A DNA stretch of 63,409 nt, counting the filler, from Octopus bimaculoides (taxonomy: Eukaryota): assembly GCF_001194135.2 (NCBI RefSeq). It is 6 parts of 5 records of this genome, joined end to end, with 100 filler letters (N's around TTAATTAATTAA, not from the genome) between each part and the next. Parts side by side here need not be neighbours in the genome. Positions count along the whole stretch, not along the records: positions 45,316 to 52,845 come from NC_068987.1; positions 52,946 to 61,405 come from NC_068984.1; 4 more parts are not named here. The stretch is one strand, 5' to 3'. The notes under the pieces were generated by a model that saw only the letters and a list, made by a program, of their open reading frames with translations, did not search any database and was not told where the DNA came from. The translations under genes were made by a program, and so were the position numbers. This document shows positions 48,921 to 61,029 of this stretch, in pieces (position 1 is the stretch's first letter; each line of letters starts with the position of its first letter).

Positions 48921-50282
48921 AAGGATTAATAAAAATAATAATATATTATATATTGAATTATATTTATCCAGTTTGTCCTATCAATACCCCCTCTCTCTAT
49001 CTATCAATCCTCCTCTTTCTATCTCTCAATCCCCCCTCTCTCTATCAATACGTGCGTGCGCACACACATCGAGTTTGTAGGATCTAAACATATCAAATAC
49101 AAGGATAAATGCAATAAGATAAACATATATCAGATAGATATAGTGCGCAAACAAACATAACTTTTCAAATTTTAAACCATATTGCGAAACAACTTCTCTT
49201 TTCTCAATACTTCCCCCGCCTTCCCTCTCTTCCTCCGACATACACTCACTATTTATCTAACACTCTCACTCACGCTTCATAGTTTTGAATACTCTTCGGT
49301 TATTAAGTGTCATTTTTGTTGTCTTGTCTTGTTTTATGTGCATATAAAGGAATACAATTCGTCGGCTGTGTTTTCTATGCAAAACACGCATTGAGGTAAG
49401 GTTTTCTCACTTAAAAAAATCGTTTGTTTGGCTTATTTAACATATACGTAGCATGCTTCTTTTTGTTGTTCCAGTCGTGACCATCCCGTCTGACGAGCAG
49501 TGCTTAGGACTACATTATCTAAGTAACGAATCTCTTGTGTCTTTTCGTTACCCCCTTTTTCTTTAAGACGATACGGTGTGAATTGAAAGAAATTTAACTG
49601 CGATTTCTATTAGGTCAAGCGACTTCTGCAAAGGCCCCCTCCTGCAAACCGTTAGTCACCATATATCGTATTTTATTATTTGATAAACTCAAATAGGCTT
49701 TGAAAGAGTTTTAAGTAAAGTCCAATATTTTGCACGACTAAATCAATGCATTTCTGATTCAACATTTGTTATTTCAGCCAGTCTTCAGTTAAAATCAACG
49801 CTGCACTCAACTTGTCACTTTTCGTCCTTCTGCAGGTATAGAAAATCAATACCAGTGATATATAAAGTTCAAAGGTTTTCATTGATTACATTTACCGCAT
49901 CCCAAGTGAGACAAACCCTATAAAATTCCTTTTTTTTCTTTTTTAATGAAGAGAAGCTATTTGGTTCGTAAAAGAAACCATCACAAAACCTGGTGTTCGG
50001 CAAAAGAGACTTATATAGAATAAGTAACAAGCTTTAAAGGAAAAATTATTGGGGGGCGATTCGTTCGACTAAAATCCTTCAAAGTGGTGCCAATAACTAA
50101 AGCGAGTAAAAGATGAAGAATAAAGGACGATGATCTTGAGAAGCCGAATGTATTTTGGTGGACATTGGAATTAGACACTGAGGGAAAATGGCTGTAACTT
50201 TTTTATTTTTTAATTTTGGCGATTTTCGTTTTCGATAATGTGTTTTACATGTCACGGTCATGCGATTCCCCATAAAAAAAAA

Positions 50283-50627
50283 TTTTAGGCTATGGAGATT
50301 CCGATTCTGAAAAAAAATTGTTTGAAAAATTTCAATTCCGCGCCCCACCAAGCAGGCTATTTACATGCTAGAGATAACAGCCAAATCTGGTTAGGGTTAG
50401 GTTTACCCTAACCCTAACCCCAACCCTAACCCCGTTTGCCAAAGCGCATTTTTTCCTTCATATTTATTTCATATAAGGTGCACTTCAACTACTACACTAT
50501 TTTTTTTTTCACTTTTTCCACCGGGTGTGGATCTATATAAAAACCGGGGGGGGGGGGGGGATCGAAATTTTGAATTTGAGATTTTTGAAAATTTTTTTTT
50601 CAGAATCGGAATCTCCATAGCCTAAAA
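50283..50627. mobile_element. Inverted-repeat-bounded element with an internal telomere-like junction
   Basis: ttttaggctatggagattccgattctgaaaaaaaatt (50283-50319) is inverted at 50590-50627; ggttagggttaggttt-accctaaccctaaccccaaccctaacccc at 50389-50433. Confidence 0.7.
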
Positions 50628-51559
50628 CCCTTCAAGGCAGTGCCCATGATTGAAACAAATATTGGTCTATTGGGTTAACCGAGACTACAGTTAGAAGTGC
50701 ACTGTGCAGTGGGATCAAATCAGAGGCAGCGATTTTAAACTATCCACCATTCAGCTTACCTCCCGGTAAAACTTATAAGTCTTTACACCGAAACCATTTG
50801 AGTTACAAAGTGGGTTGTCAAATTTTGCAACCGTATTAAACTTTAGGAGCAGTCACTACCTAGTATGATTTCGTTTGGCCGCCAGAGAATTACATTTTTT
50901 TTCTTTTAGGTGGTAATGCAGCGGCATTTTGGCTTTCAATGAAAACGTAGTTAGTGGTGATGCTTGAATTATATATTTTTTTCGTTTTAGATTTTCTTTT
51001 TTTAATAATTTGGCTTGCGAAACAAAAACAAAAGTGAAAATGAATCGCAATAACAAGAAACTGAAACCGATCTGAAATGATTACTTCCCATAGTTAATTG
51101 TTGCCGTAAATTGAATTTAAATCAACAACTCGCGCGCGCACACAAAGTTAACTTTGAAATATAGTCTGTACAATGCAAATAGCCTTTTGTATAGATTGAA
51201 TTTGTAAACCAGTTTAAAATGTTTATTCCACCACCACCTGCTGCAAACTATCAAACCTGTGTAAGAAACAAGGAAGCTTTTCTGTGGTAGCCTAATTTAC
51301 CTACTGCTTTAAAACTAGACATTGATATTATAACCCTTGATGTTTAAGGCTGGAATGTCTTTAGATCTGTTCATTCAGAGTGCGCTGGGGTTAAACAAAA
51401 ACGACGGAGCTTTTAGAAGCTAACAAGGGAAACCTGTGAAGTTACTCAACCTGACCTCAATAACAAACATTGACATCAACAATAAACACCTGATCCTGAT
51501 CCTGCTCGTGGTCTTTCGACCTGCTAGAAATAGCAACAAAATCTTCCTGAAATAATGGA

Positions 51560-51757
51560 TTTACATTGTTTCGGAGGAGAGAGTAAGTCGATTACATCGA
51601 CCCCAGTGCTTGACCGGTACTTATTTTATCAACTCCAAAAGGATGAAAAGCAAAGTCGAACTCGACGGAGTTTGAACATAGAATGTAAAGGCGGACGAAA
51701 TGCCACTAAGCATTTTGCCTGGTGTGCTAACGACTCTTGTCAGTTCGCCGCCTTAGT
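51560..51757 (-). mobile_element. SINE family 3
   Basis: Family match. Confidence 0.85.
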
Positions 51758-52845
51758 CATCCTGAACCAATACCTTTACTGTTTTTAAAAGAAGAAAAAC
51801 ACTATGTAATCTACTCCTAGATACATTATGTCTGAATGGTGTATGATTTGGTCATGCCTGGAACACCTGTTCTGGTTCGGTTTGGCTTAGAAAACTTTAC
51901 TTTCTCTTTTGTGTTTGCTTTTAGTAGAAATTGTCACTGTAAAGTTCTTTTCCTTGTTGCCATGGTAACAAAGTAGTGGTAAAAGGATTGGTGAGGGTCA
52001 TAATGCAAATGCTCCTTTTTGGCCCTTTCTCATAGCTGATTCAGAGAGAGGGAGAGAGAGAGAAAACTGATTTCAAGACTTGCCTGGGTTCCACTGCTTT
52101 TTCTTGATATTCCGAATGTTGAGGCATTCTGTATATCTTGTTGTTTTTAATGGTCTTTGTTCTTGAATGCTTGCACATTGATGGCTTGATCTAAGTATGT
52201 GGGTATATATCTGTACTGTGTGTACAGACATCCATCTCCTGTGCTACAGGGGTAATGTGTTTCTGAAAATCCTTACCATTATATGAAATTAATATGCCCA
52301 TTGATTTTCAAGCTATAAAATGATAATGTATTCTGATAGATTTTTCAAAAATCAACAACAAACAAATTACATGAACACTCTTATGTGTAAAAGTAAGCTT
52401 CTAAACCTACACAATACAATATGTATAAATGAAAACATTTGAAGAGAAATATGTTAGGAAATATGTCACAATATTTGTAATAGTGTATGTTCCTACCACA
52501 AAAACTGTTGGCTACTGTGTGAGGGATGGTGGTGGTGTTGAAATGAGAGTGATCCTATCTTCGTTATAATATAATTCACCATCACTATCTTGAGAGGCAA
52601 AGAACTTATTGAAAATTGTTTGATGTTTATGGCACATCATCTTTGTACTGCTCAGTGTAGACACTGAGCTCATTGTAATTTCCTCTTGTAATTCTTATGT
52701 TCACAATTAAGGTTGTCATCAACAAAATCTTACTATCCTTTCTTTATATGTGTTGACACTTTAGCAATATTGTTTGTAGTTCATTTATGTGGAGATTTTG
52801 GAATCTCTGTATTCTCAGCTTGCTTTTGTTCTAACAGTGTCAGTT

Positions 52846-52945
52846 NNNNNNNNNNNNNNNNNNNNNNNNNNNNNNNNNNNNNNNNNNNNTTAATTAATTA
52901 ANNNNNNNNNNNNNNNNNNNNNNNNNNNNNNNNNNNNNNNNNNNN
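52846..52945. other. Artificial spacer N44-TTAATTAATTAA-N44
   Basis: Same as 16970-17069. Confidence 0.95.
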
Positions 52946-53345
52946 GCATATTTATGCATGTACATATACATGACAACAAACCTCTCTCTCTCTCTGTCAC
53001 ACACATACACACACACTTCCATTTCATCTGATGTGTGATACTCTGTGTGTGTGCGTGCGCATGCGTGTGTGCTTTCGTACGAGCGTGAGGGGTTCCACAA
53101 TCGCAATTTATTTCAATTACTCTTGTGAGGATATTCACGTAAATCATTTTTTTCATTTAATCCACATTTTAATTTTCGTAAAAGTTTCCAAGTACCAATG
53201 AGGCTTTTTGGCGCATCTTCAATTTTCCAATTCATGAGAGGTGCCCAGTCATCATTCATCTGAGAGTCCATCTACAGAATGTCCTCAGATTTCTATACAG
53301 CATATTTTGCTTTTTTCCTTCCAGTATATAAGCAACAATTTTATT

Positions 53346-53374
53346 CCTGGGCAACGCCGGGTTGCTCTGCTAGT
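53346..53374 (+). mobile_element. Helitron 3' terminus (hairpin plus CTAG|T)
   Basis: cctgg-gcaacg-ccggg hairpin, 8 nt, then CTAG at 53370-53373 followed by T. Confidence 0.75.
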
Positions 53375-54149
53375 AATATATAATGAGTAACTATGTTTAA
53401 TTCAACTGCGGCTGATAACTTGAATAGATACCAAAATATCTGTCTGTCTTATGAGTAAGCTTATAGTAAATATTCCATATTTTTTCCGTGGTAGATTGTA
53501 ATACAAACGTTCATTGTTTATGCTTAATTCGCATACATGTAAAGGCATAACACCGACTACATCTATGTGGTTGTTCACACCTACTGACTAAATATCTTTC
53601 TTTGTCAGTATTAAAATGCTTAGGTTCATGCACATATAAATATACGTGTGCGTTTATGCGTATGATTTTCCGTGTATACTGATTTTCTATCTTTTAGAAA
53701 AATCCTCTGTAGTCAGAAGTAGAGAAAAACAGGTTCCAAGACATTCAGCATGTCACGCCGGCGCCACTACCAGCTGAGTAACAAAAATCGTTGCACAATC
53801 ACAAAATGGGCGTCATTTATTGGAGTCTGTGCAGATCCGATTTATTTTAACAATTTGATGCAGATTAGGTGTTGCTAACAGTCAGTGAGAAAACTTTTTG
53901 GGACGAATATACATTTATTTATTGAGAGAAAGTTGATTTGCCTAATAATGTGGGACGCATTATATATATATATATATNNNNNNNNNNNNNNNNNNNNNNN
54001 NNNNNNNNNNNNNNNNNNNNNNNNNNNNNNNNNNNNNNNNNNNNNNNNNNNNNNNNNNNNNNNNNNNNNNNNNNNNNNNNNNNNNNNNNNNNNNNNNNNN
54101 NNNNNNNNNNNNNNNNNNNNNNNNNNNNNNNNNNNNNNNNNNNNNNNAT

Positions 54150-54345
54150 ATGGGAGAATGTACGAAAAAACAACAACAACAGACGAGGACAGGTGGTGTA
54201 AACAACAAAAGGATGTATTAGTTTGACGCTCGGGAATACAGAAAGTCTTTAACGTTTCTAGCTACGCTCTTCAACAGAAAGAATACGGAGAAAACAAGGA
54301 GAAAAACATGGAGAAAAAAAATTGAATGGTGTTTGGTCAACGATC
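54150..54345 (-). mobile_element. Short PLE-like element with a variant hammerhead motif, copy 1
   Basis: Homologous to 57315-57480; motif UCUUU CUGUUGA AGAGC GUA GCUA GAAA C GUU AAAGA at 54246-54282. Confidence 0.65.
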
Positions 54346-54639
54346 TAATATATATACATACACACACACACACACACACATTTCTAGGCCTACCACTCAT
54401 TCGCGCTGGATATCTTACCTCTCTGCTTGTTTATGGAACATATCAATAATGAGTAGAGCGTCTATGAGGTGTCGTACAAGCCTTTTTAAATCTAAAATTT
54501 TGCACAGGCATTATTCAGTTTTGCATGCTAATTGCTGCTTAAATGCATCTCTACTCGCATACATGCACACACATACACACAAGCACATACACGCGCGCAC
54601 ACACATGCACACGCACGCATGTATATTTATATATGGACT

Positions 54640-55340
54640 TTGATAAGCTTCTATAAGAATTGGTCGATTAAAGAGCTACTCTTTGTATTGACATATCCAG
54701 GTGTAGATGGTTTACCTGGAATTTGTTAGTGATATTCGTCTGGGACCCGTGTGAATGTTATGAGAGCTTTTTCTTCACTTATGTGCTTTGACATTATGTT
54801 AAAGAGAGCAGAACAAGTTGTTGTGAAATAGTAAAATAGTACTGTATCACTGTCACGATGTAGCATGATCCTGACGTTTGTAAAGGATGGATGGCACAAA
54901 AATAAAGCCTTGGGTGAATTTTAAAGTTGATGCCAATATCATTTGAGTAGCGCTGTTGGAATATTTTCCACATCATACAAATAATACAGTGCTCACGGCT
55001 GCGTTGGAGGCAATAAAGTTTGAGTTTCTCGAGACGATTGCAATAATCAAGATCTGTCATATCGTCTACTTTCCTTGTGATCGATCCCAGCCATACTGGA
55101 TGGGAATAAGTTGGTTGGTACTTTTTAGGATGTGAGTTACTCGAGATCCCACTACTCCCTCAAATGATTTAATATGAGAGGTGAACTCACTCTGTAATTC
55201 ACTGTCAGTGATTTGTTTTCCCTTTTGGAAACTGGGACAATCGACTGGGATACGAAATTTTAGGGAATATAGCCGGCGTCCATCGGTTTCCTCCAGAGAA
55301 TGCCATTCGATGATAGCACACCTTCAGGTCTCTAGCGAGG
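54640..55340 (-). mobile_element. CR1-like LINE ORF2 C-terminus and 3' end, decayed
   Basis: ITRKVDDMTDLDYCNRLEKLKLYCLQRSREHCIICMMWKIF ... VPDEYH*QIPGKPSTPGY. Confidence 0.78.
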
Positions 55341-56132
55341 AACCTGTGAGAGCCTGCAGCTGATTTGCTTGTAATTTTGTTCATAGCTGCTATGATATAT
55401 ATATATATATATATATATANNNNNNNNNNNNNNNNNNNNNNNNNNNNNNNNNNNNNNNNNNNNNNNNNNNNNNNNNNNNNNNNNNNNNNNNNNNNNNNNN
55501 NNNNNNNNNNNNNNNNNNNNNNNNNNNNNNNNNNNNNNNNNNNNNNNNNNNNNNNNNNNNNNNNNNNNNNNNNNNNNNNNNNNNNNNNNNNNNNNNNNNN
55601 NNNNNNNNNNNNNNNNNNNNNNNNNNNNNNNNNNNNNNNNNNNNNNNNNNNNNNNNNNNNNNNNNNNNNNNNNNNNNNNNNNNNNNNNNNNNNNNNNNNN
55701 NNNNNNNNNNNNNNNNNNNNNNNNNNNNNNNNNNNNNNNNNNNNNNNNNNNNNNNNNNNNNNNNNNNNNNNNNNNNNNNNNNNNNNNNNNNNNNNNNNNN
55801 NNNNNNNNNNNNNNNNNNNNNNNNNNNNNNNNNNNNNNNNNNNNNNNNNNNNNNNNNNNNNNNNNNNNNNNNNNNNNNNNNNNNNNNNNNNNNNNNNNNN
55901 NNNNNNNNNNNNNNNNNNNNNNNNNNNNNNNNNNNNNNNNNNNNNNNNNNNNNNNNNNNNNNNNNNNNNNNNNNNNNNNNNNNNNNNNNNNNNNNNNNNN
56001 NNNNNNNNNNNNNNNNNNNNNNNNNNNNNNNNNNNNNNNNNNNNNNNNNNNNNNNNNNNNNNNNNNNNNNNNNNNNNNNNNNNNNNNNNNNNNNNNNNNN
56101 NNNNNNNNNNNNNNNNNNNNNNNNNNNNNCTA

Positions 56133-56182
<50 letters not shown>

Positions 56183-56229
56183 GTATGTATATACATCAAT
56201 CTATGTAATCCCTTAATTACGAATATCCA

Positions 56230-56990
56230 TACTCAAGATTTACCTTGAACTAAGACTAAGTCAGCCTAGCAACCAACTAAACAAATACTACACACCTATT
56301 AATCTTTCTCATGCATACCTTTCCAAATTCTTCTAAACCACTATTTCCCATTTTTCCTCCTAGCCTTCCCACCCTCCTAAGTAGCCTCTTATTTCTCCTC
56401 ACCAAAATAACTTAACACTACCCCACTTCTTAGGATACTAACCTGTCAATCTCTGCCTCCTCCCTCTTCACATCCTTCTATTCAATTTCATATATCTCTG
56501 TATACTATGGCACTCCCGCTTCAATACCAACCCAATTCTTTTGTTGCACTAACAACTGCTACATTGATCACCAACTCACCCCACCCACTCTCTCCTCCCT
56601 CTATCTTCTCTCATACCTCTCTACATACCTTAGTAATCTCTCTCAGCCACTGCACGAATTAATGAATAATGGCCATTCCTTTCTCGCCCTCTCGGTTTAA
56701 TTCTAAAGTCTTCATACAAATTAACACAAAGGACTACCGTCCGCATACTACCTAAACCACCCTCCTCTTTTCCTCATACTTACCACCTCTACTACTTTGA
56801 AATTTATTTTCTCCTCTCACTATTACTTATCTGAATATCTCCCCAATCCCCCCTCTAATATACTTAGCTCTCCACAAAATCATTCCATCTTTGATCCTCC
56901 TCCTTCCAACACCCCATATGTAAGATCTCTTGCCTGAAGATGAAGACTAGTCTGATCCGATGACGCAATCAATTTACAAACATCATTTTG
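56230..56990 (+). mobile_element. Pyrimidine-rich decayed region, possibly a PLE 3' part
   Basis: Composition resembles the 61030-61405 PLE sense strand; ends in a degenerate cctgaagatg...ccgatgacgc motif. Confidence 0.3.
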
Positions 56991-57314
56991 GACCACCAAC
57001 CCCCCAGAAACAGCTGTGGGATTTGTAATACTTTTCTTCCACCTCTTTAATTCGTGATATCATTTCTATTCTGTCGGAATTTTTTATATGTAAACACACA
57101 CACTCACACACACACAAAGACACACACACGCACATATTGCCTTTAATGTATTTGATATTCTGTGTACATCGACCTGCCTAACTTGTCTATCCTTACATTT
57201 ACTCCTATACTCGCTCACGTCCAAGCCTCTTGAGCACTACAAAGTGTACTGTATACGGAGAATATCTGATTATCATCTATGAGCTATATTTATATATCTA
57301 TATATATATATATA

Positions 57315-57480
57315 GTTGGAATTTACAAAAAATAAACAAAACAAAAGACGAAGACAGGTGTGTAAACAACAAATACATGTATTAGTTTAGCGCTCGGGAA
57401 GTGAGAAAGTCTTTTACGTTTCGAGCCTACGCTCTTCAACAGAAATATATATGGAATAAAGAAAATGGAGAAAGATGAAT
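57315..57480 (-). mobile_element. Short PLE-like element with a variant hammerhead motif, copy 2
   Basis: Motif UAUUU CUGUUGA AGAGC GUAG GCUC GAAA C GUA AAAGA at 57410-57447. Confidence 0.65.
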
Positions 57481-58504
57481 GTATGAATAATGTGTTTGTA
57501 TGATATAAAGATAGCACGGTATTTTGTCAGTGAATAGGCTTTCGGTCTCAAGGCGACTAAAATATTTTGGCAAATTAAATTTAAATGTTGAAGTGAATCT
57601 AACGGTTTTTTGTGTGTTTTAAATGGCTTATAAACACCTTCCACACTGCAAAACAAATAAATTATAAGTAGTAATGCTCAAAAAGAAAATGGTAGATGCA
57701 AAAGGACCTACGTATATGTTTCAATTCTAGCCCCTAGTTGATATGCAATTCTAATCATTTGGTTATATATAAAATTCTATATAATTCTAAGCATTTGGCT
57801 AAGAATGATATCATTTTTGACTATATGGGGCAGAACTTCTTCAGGGTTATTATGAACTTAGAGAAGTAAGGTTAACATTTTTCTTGGAAGGATGCATACA
57901 GAATATNNNNNNNNNNNNNNNNNNNNNNNNNNNNNNNNNNNNNNNNNNNNNNNNNNNNNNNNNNNNNNNNNNNNNNNNNNNNNNNNNNNNNNNNNNNNNN
58001 NNNNNNNNNNNNNNNNNNNNNNNNNNNNNNNNNNNNNNNNNNNNNNNNNNNNNNNNNNNNNNNNNNNNNNNNNNNNNNNNNNNNNNNNNNNNNNNNNNNN
58101 NNNNNNNNNNNNNNNNNNNNNNNNNNNNNNNNNNNNNNNNNNNNNNNNNNNNNNNNNNNNNNNNNNNNNNNNNNNNNNNNNNNNNNNNNNNNNNNNNNNN
58201 NNNNNNNNNNNNNNNNNNNNNNNNNNNNNNNNNNNNNNNNNNNNNNNNNNNNNNNNNNNNNNNNNNNNNNNNNNNNNNNNNNNNNNNNNNNNNNNNNNNN
58301 NNNNNNNNNNNNNNNNNNNNNNNNNNNNNNNNNNNNNNNNNNNNNNNNNNNNNNNNNNNNNNNNNNNNNNNNNNNNNNNNNNNNNNNNNNNNNNNTATAT
58401 ATATATATATATATATTCTTCACTTTTCTTTCCTACTTTCAGATTGAGAGCTGCGCCCATGCTGGGGCACTGCCGTTAGCTTTGCTACAATTTCCCTAAC
58501 CCCA

Positions 58505-58715
58505 CCCCTGAATGAAGGATTTCGAGGCTGCTGTCCAGATTTGCCTATCTTACTGCGAGATAGATTCATCCGGAACTCTTGACAGGAAGATATGCAGTTT
58601 TATTTTGAAGACACCTACATCCATCTTGAGTAGATCTATCGGGCTTTGTGGAAGGATATTGAAACTCAAGCTGCTGTAGTATCTGGTCCTGTATCCTGAT
58701 GTCAATGTTGGGATT
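58505..58715 (-). mobile_element. CR1-like LINE 3' end fragment
   Basis: RTRYYSSLSFNILPQSPIDLLKMDVGVFKIKLHIFLSRVPDE, similar to the 54640-54790 region. Confidence 0.65.
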
Positions 58716-58727
58716 TTATATATATAT

Positions 58728-59113
58728 AGGCGCAGCGTGGGTGTTTGGTAAAAAGCTTGCTTCCCAACCACATTGTTCCGGATTCAGTCTCACTCCGTGG
58801 CATTTTGGGAGAGTGTCTTCTACTATTGCCTCAGGCCGACCGAAGCCTTATGAGTGGATTTGGTAGACGAAAACTGAAAGAAGCCCGTCATATATATGCA
58901 TATATGTGTATATTTGTGTGTGTGTGTCTGTGTTTGTTCCCCCACCATCGCTTGACAGCCGATGTTAGTGTGTTTACATCCCCGTAACTTTGCGGGGATG
59001 TAAATAAGTACTAAGGCTTACAAAGAATAAGTCCTGGGGTCGGTTTGTTCGACTAAAGGTGGTGTTCCAACATGGCCGCAGTCAAATGACTGAAACAAAT
59101 GAAAGAACAAAAG
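58728..59113 (+). mobile_element. SINE family 1, full length
   Basis: Head, central TA/TG microsatellite and 3' half all present. Confidence 0.9.
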
Positions 59114-59123
59114 AATATATATA

Positions 59124-59746
59124 CTCTTTTACCCTTTTACTTGTTTCAATCATTTGACTGCGGTCATGCTGGAGCACCACCTTTAGTCGAGCAAATCGAC
59201 CCTAGAGCTTATTATTTGTAAGCCTAGTACTTATTCTATCGGTCTCTTTGCCGAACCGGTAAGTTACGGGACGTAAACACACCAGCATCGGTTGTNNNNN
59301 NNNNNNNNNNNNNNNNNNNNNNNNNNNNNNNNNNNNNNNNNNNNNNNNNNNNNNNNNNNNNNNNNNNNNNNNNNNNNNNNNNNNNNNNNNNNNNNNNNNN
59401 NNNNNNNNNNNNNNNNNNNNNNNNNNNNNNNNNNNNNNNNNNNNNNNNNNNNNNNNNNNNNNNNNNNNNNNNNNNNNNNNNNNNNNNNNNNNNNNNNNNN
59501 NNNNNNNNNNNNNNNNNNNNNNNNNNNNNNNNNNNNNNNNNNNNNNNNNNNNNNNATATATATATAAATATATATATATATACGACGAGCTTCTTCCTGT
59601 ATCCGTCTACCAAATCCACTCACAAGGCTTTGGTCGGCCCGAGGCTATAGTAGAAGACACTTACCCAAGGTGCCACGCGGTGGGACTGAACCCAAGACCA
59701 TGTGGCTGGTAAACAAGCTACTTACCACACAGCCACTCCTGCGCCT
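59124..59746 (-). mobile_element. SINE family 1, full length (central gap), tail-to-tail with 58728-59113
   Basis: Reverse-complement family match on both sides of the N gap. Confidence 0.9.
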
Positions 59747-59769
59747 ATATATATCAAATAGTAAAAGGA

Positions 59770-60074
59770 AAAGACCCCCTTTGATCGTGAATGACCATGA
59801 GATTGCAGCCAAAAAGTTACCCTCCAAGGAACAAATCCGGGTAAGATTGTTTATGGCAGACCAGCAATCGCCCATGCATACCAACCTCTTCTGTTCTCGC
59901 CACCGATGATGTCCAAGGGAAAGGTAAAGGCCAATTCAGCTTTACACCAGTGACGTTGCAACTCATTTCTACAGCTGAGTCAAGAAGACAATACACAGCC
60001 CTGTCCAGGAATCGAACTTACTACCTATTGATCGTGAGCCTGACACTCTTACCACTGAGCCATGTGCCTTCAAA
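59770..60074 (-). mobile_element. SINE family 4
   Basis: Minus head tgaaggcacatggctcagtggtaagag...aagttcgattcctggac; related to 11013-11140. Confidence 0.75.
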
Positions 60075-60693
60075 CACGCTCATACATAGAGTATGACATA
60101 GTTATGATGACAAATGTAGTTAACCTTAGGCGAGAGATTTATCGATTTTGTCAACCTTGGTATATGACTGTTACCGAAATACTAAAATCAACATCTCTAA
60201 GAATAAAAAAAAAAGATAGACATATTAGATAATATTGTCTTCATATACAATTTAAATAAGATGCTGTAGCCAAGAGAGGAATATCTTTGATCATAGATCA
60301 GTTCAGGCAGAACTGAATTGGCGTTAAGAAGCGACAAATAATTTAGTTTATCGATCCCGGAAGAATAAAAGACAAAGTCGACGTCCACCGGAACTGAAAT
60401 CGAGACCTCGCGAGACACAATTAATATAAAGAAGGATATTCGTCGCTGCTCTATCACTTCTGTCTATCCACAATGGGAGTAATTATTCCTTCTATTGACA
60501 CAAATCGATAGATTATAAGACATTACAGAGCGTAATTACAAAAATAGTGAATATCATGTCGACTGTAATAGGATATAACAAAGGAAAGTAATGTGATATA
60601 TGTTTGTATGCCTATGTGCATATATATATACACACACAGGCCCATATTTATGTATACACACATATATACATACATATATGTATGTGCGCGCGC

Positions 60694-60748
<55 letters not shown>

Positions 60749-60918
60749 TACATTTTCACACCTAATAATTTGTTTCTTTGTGATCTTCAATGCAACCTCG
60801 CACGTAACTCTGACCCAGGTTTTGCAATTTTCACCTGTTAATATCCGACATCCATCCACCTTGTATCAATAACAGAAATAATTGTAGTCATATATATATG
60901 ACGGGTACTAACAGGCAG

Positions 60919-61028
60919 TACCGGCACGCTAACATAGCAGTCAAAACGACCAAACACCAAGTTTTCACTTAAGCACAAAAGTCTGGGTGTTTTTGTTCAT
61001 TTTGACTGCTATATTTAGCATACTGGTA
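60919..61028. mobile_element. Hairpin MITE of about 110 bp, TA-flanked
   Basis: TAccggcacgctaacatagcagtcaaaacgaccaaacacc ... ggtgtttttgttcattttgactgctatatttagcatactggTA; imperfect arms of about 40 bp. Confidence 0.7.
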
Positions 61029-61029
61029 C

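Noticed and set aside
51900-52845. Possible further RLE-LINE or Tigger remnants
   Set aside because: Only vague motif resemblance; cannot be classified by eye.
53698-53777. Candidate exon after a strong acceptor (tgattttctatcttttag)
   Set aside because: All three frames contain a stop and there is no homology evidence.
56940-56985. cctgaagatg...ccgatgacgc as a hammerhead
   Set aside because: GAAA is absent and the stems are unclear.
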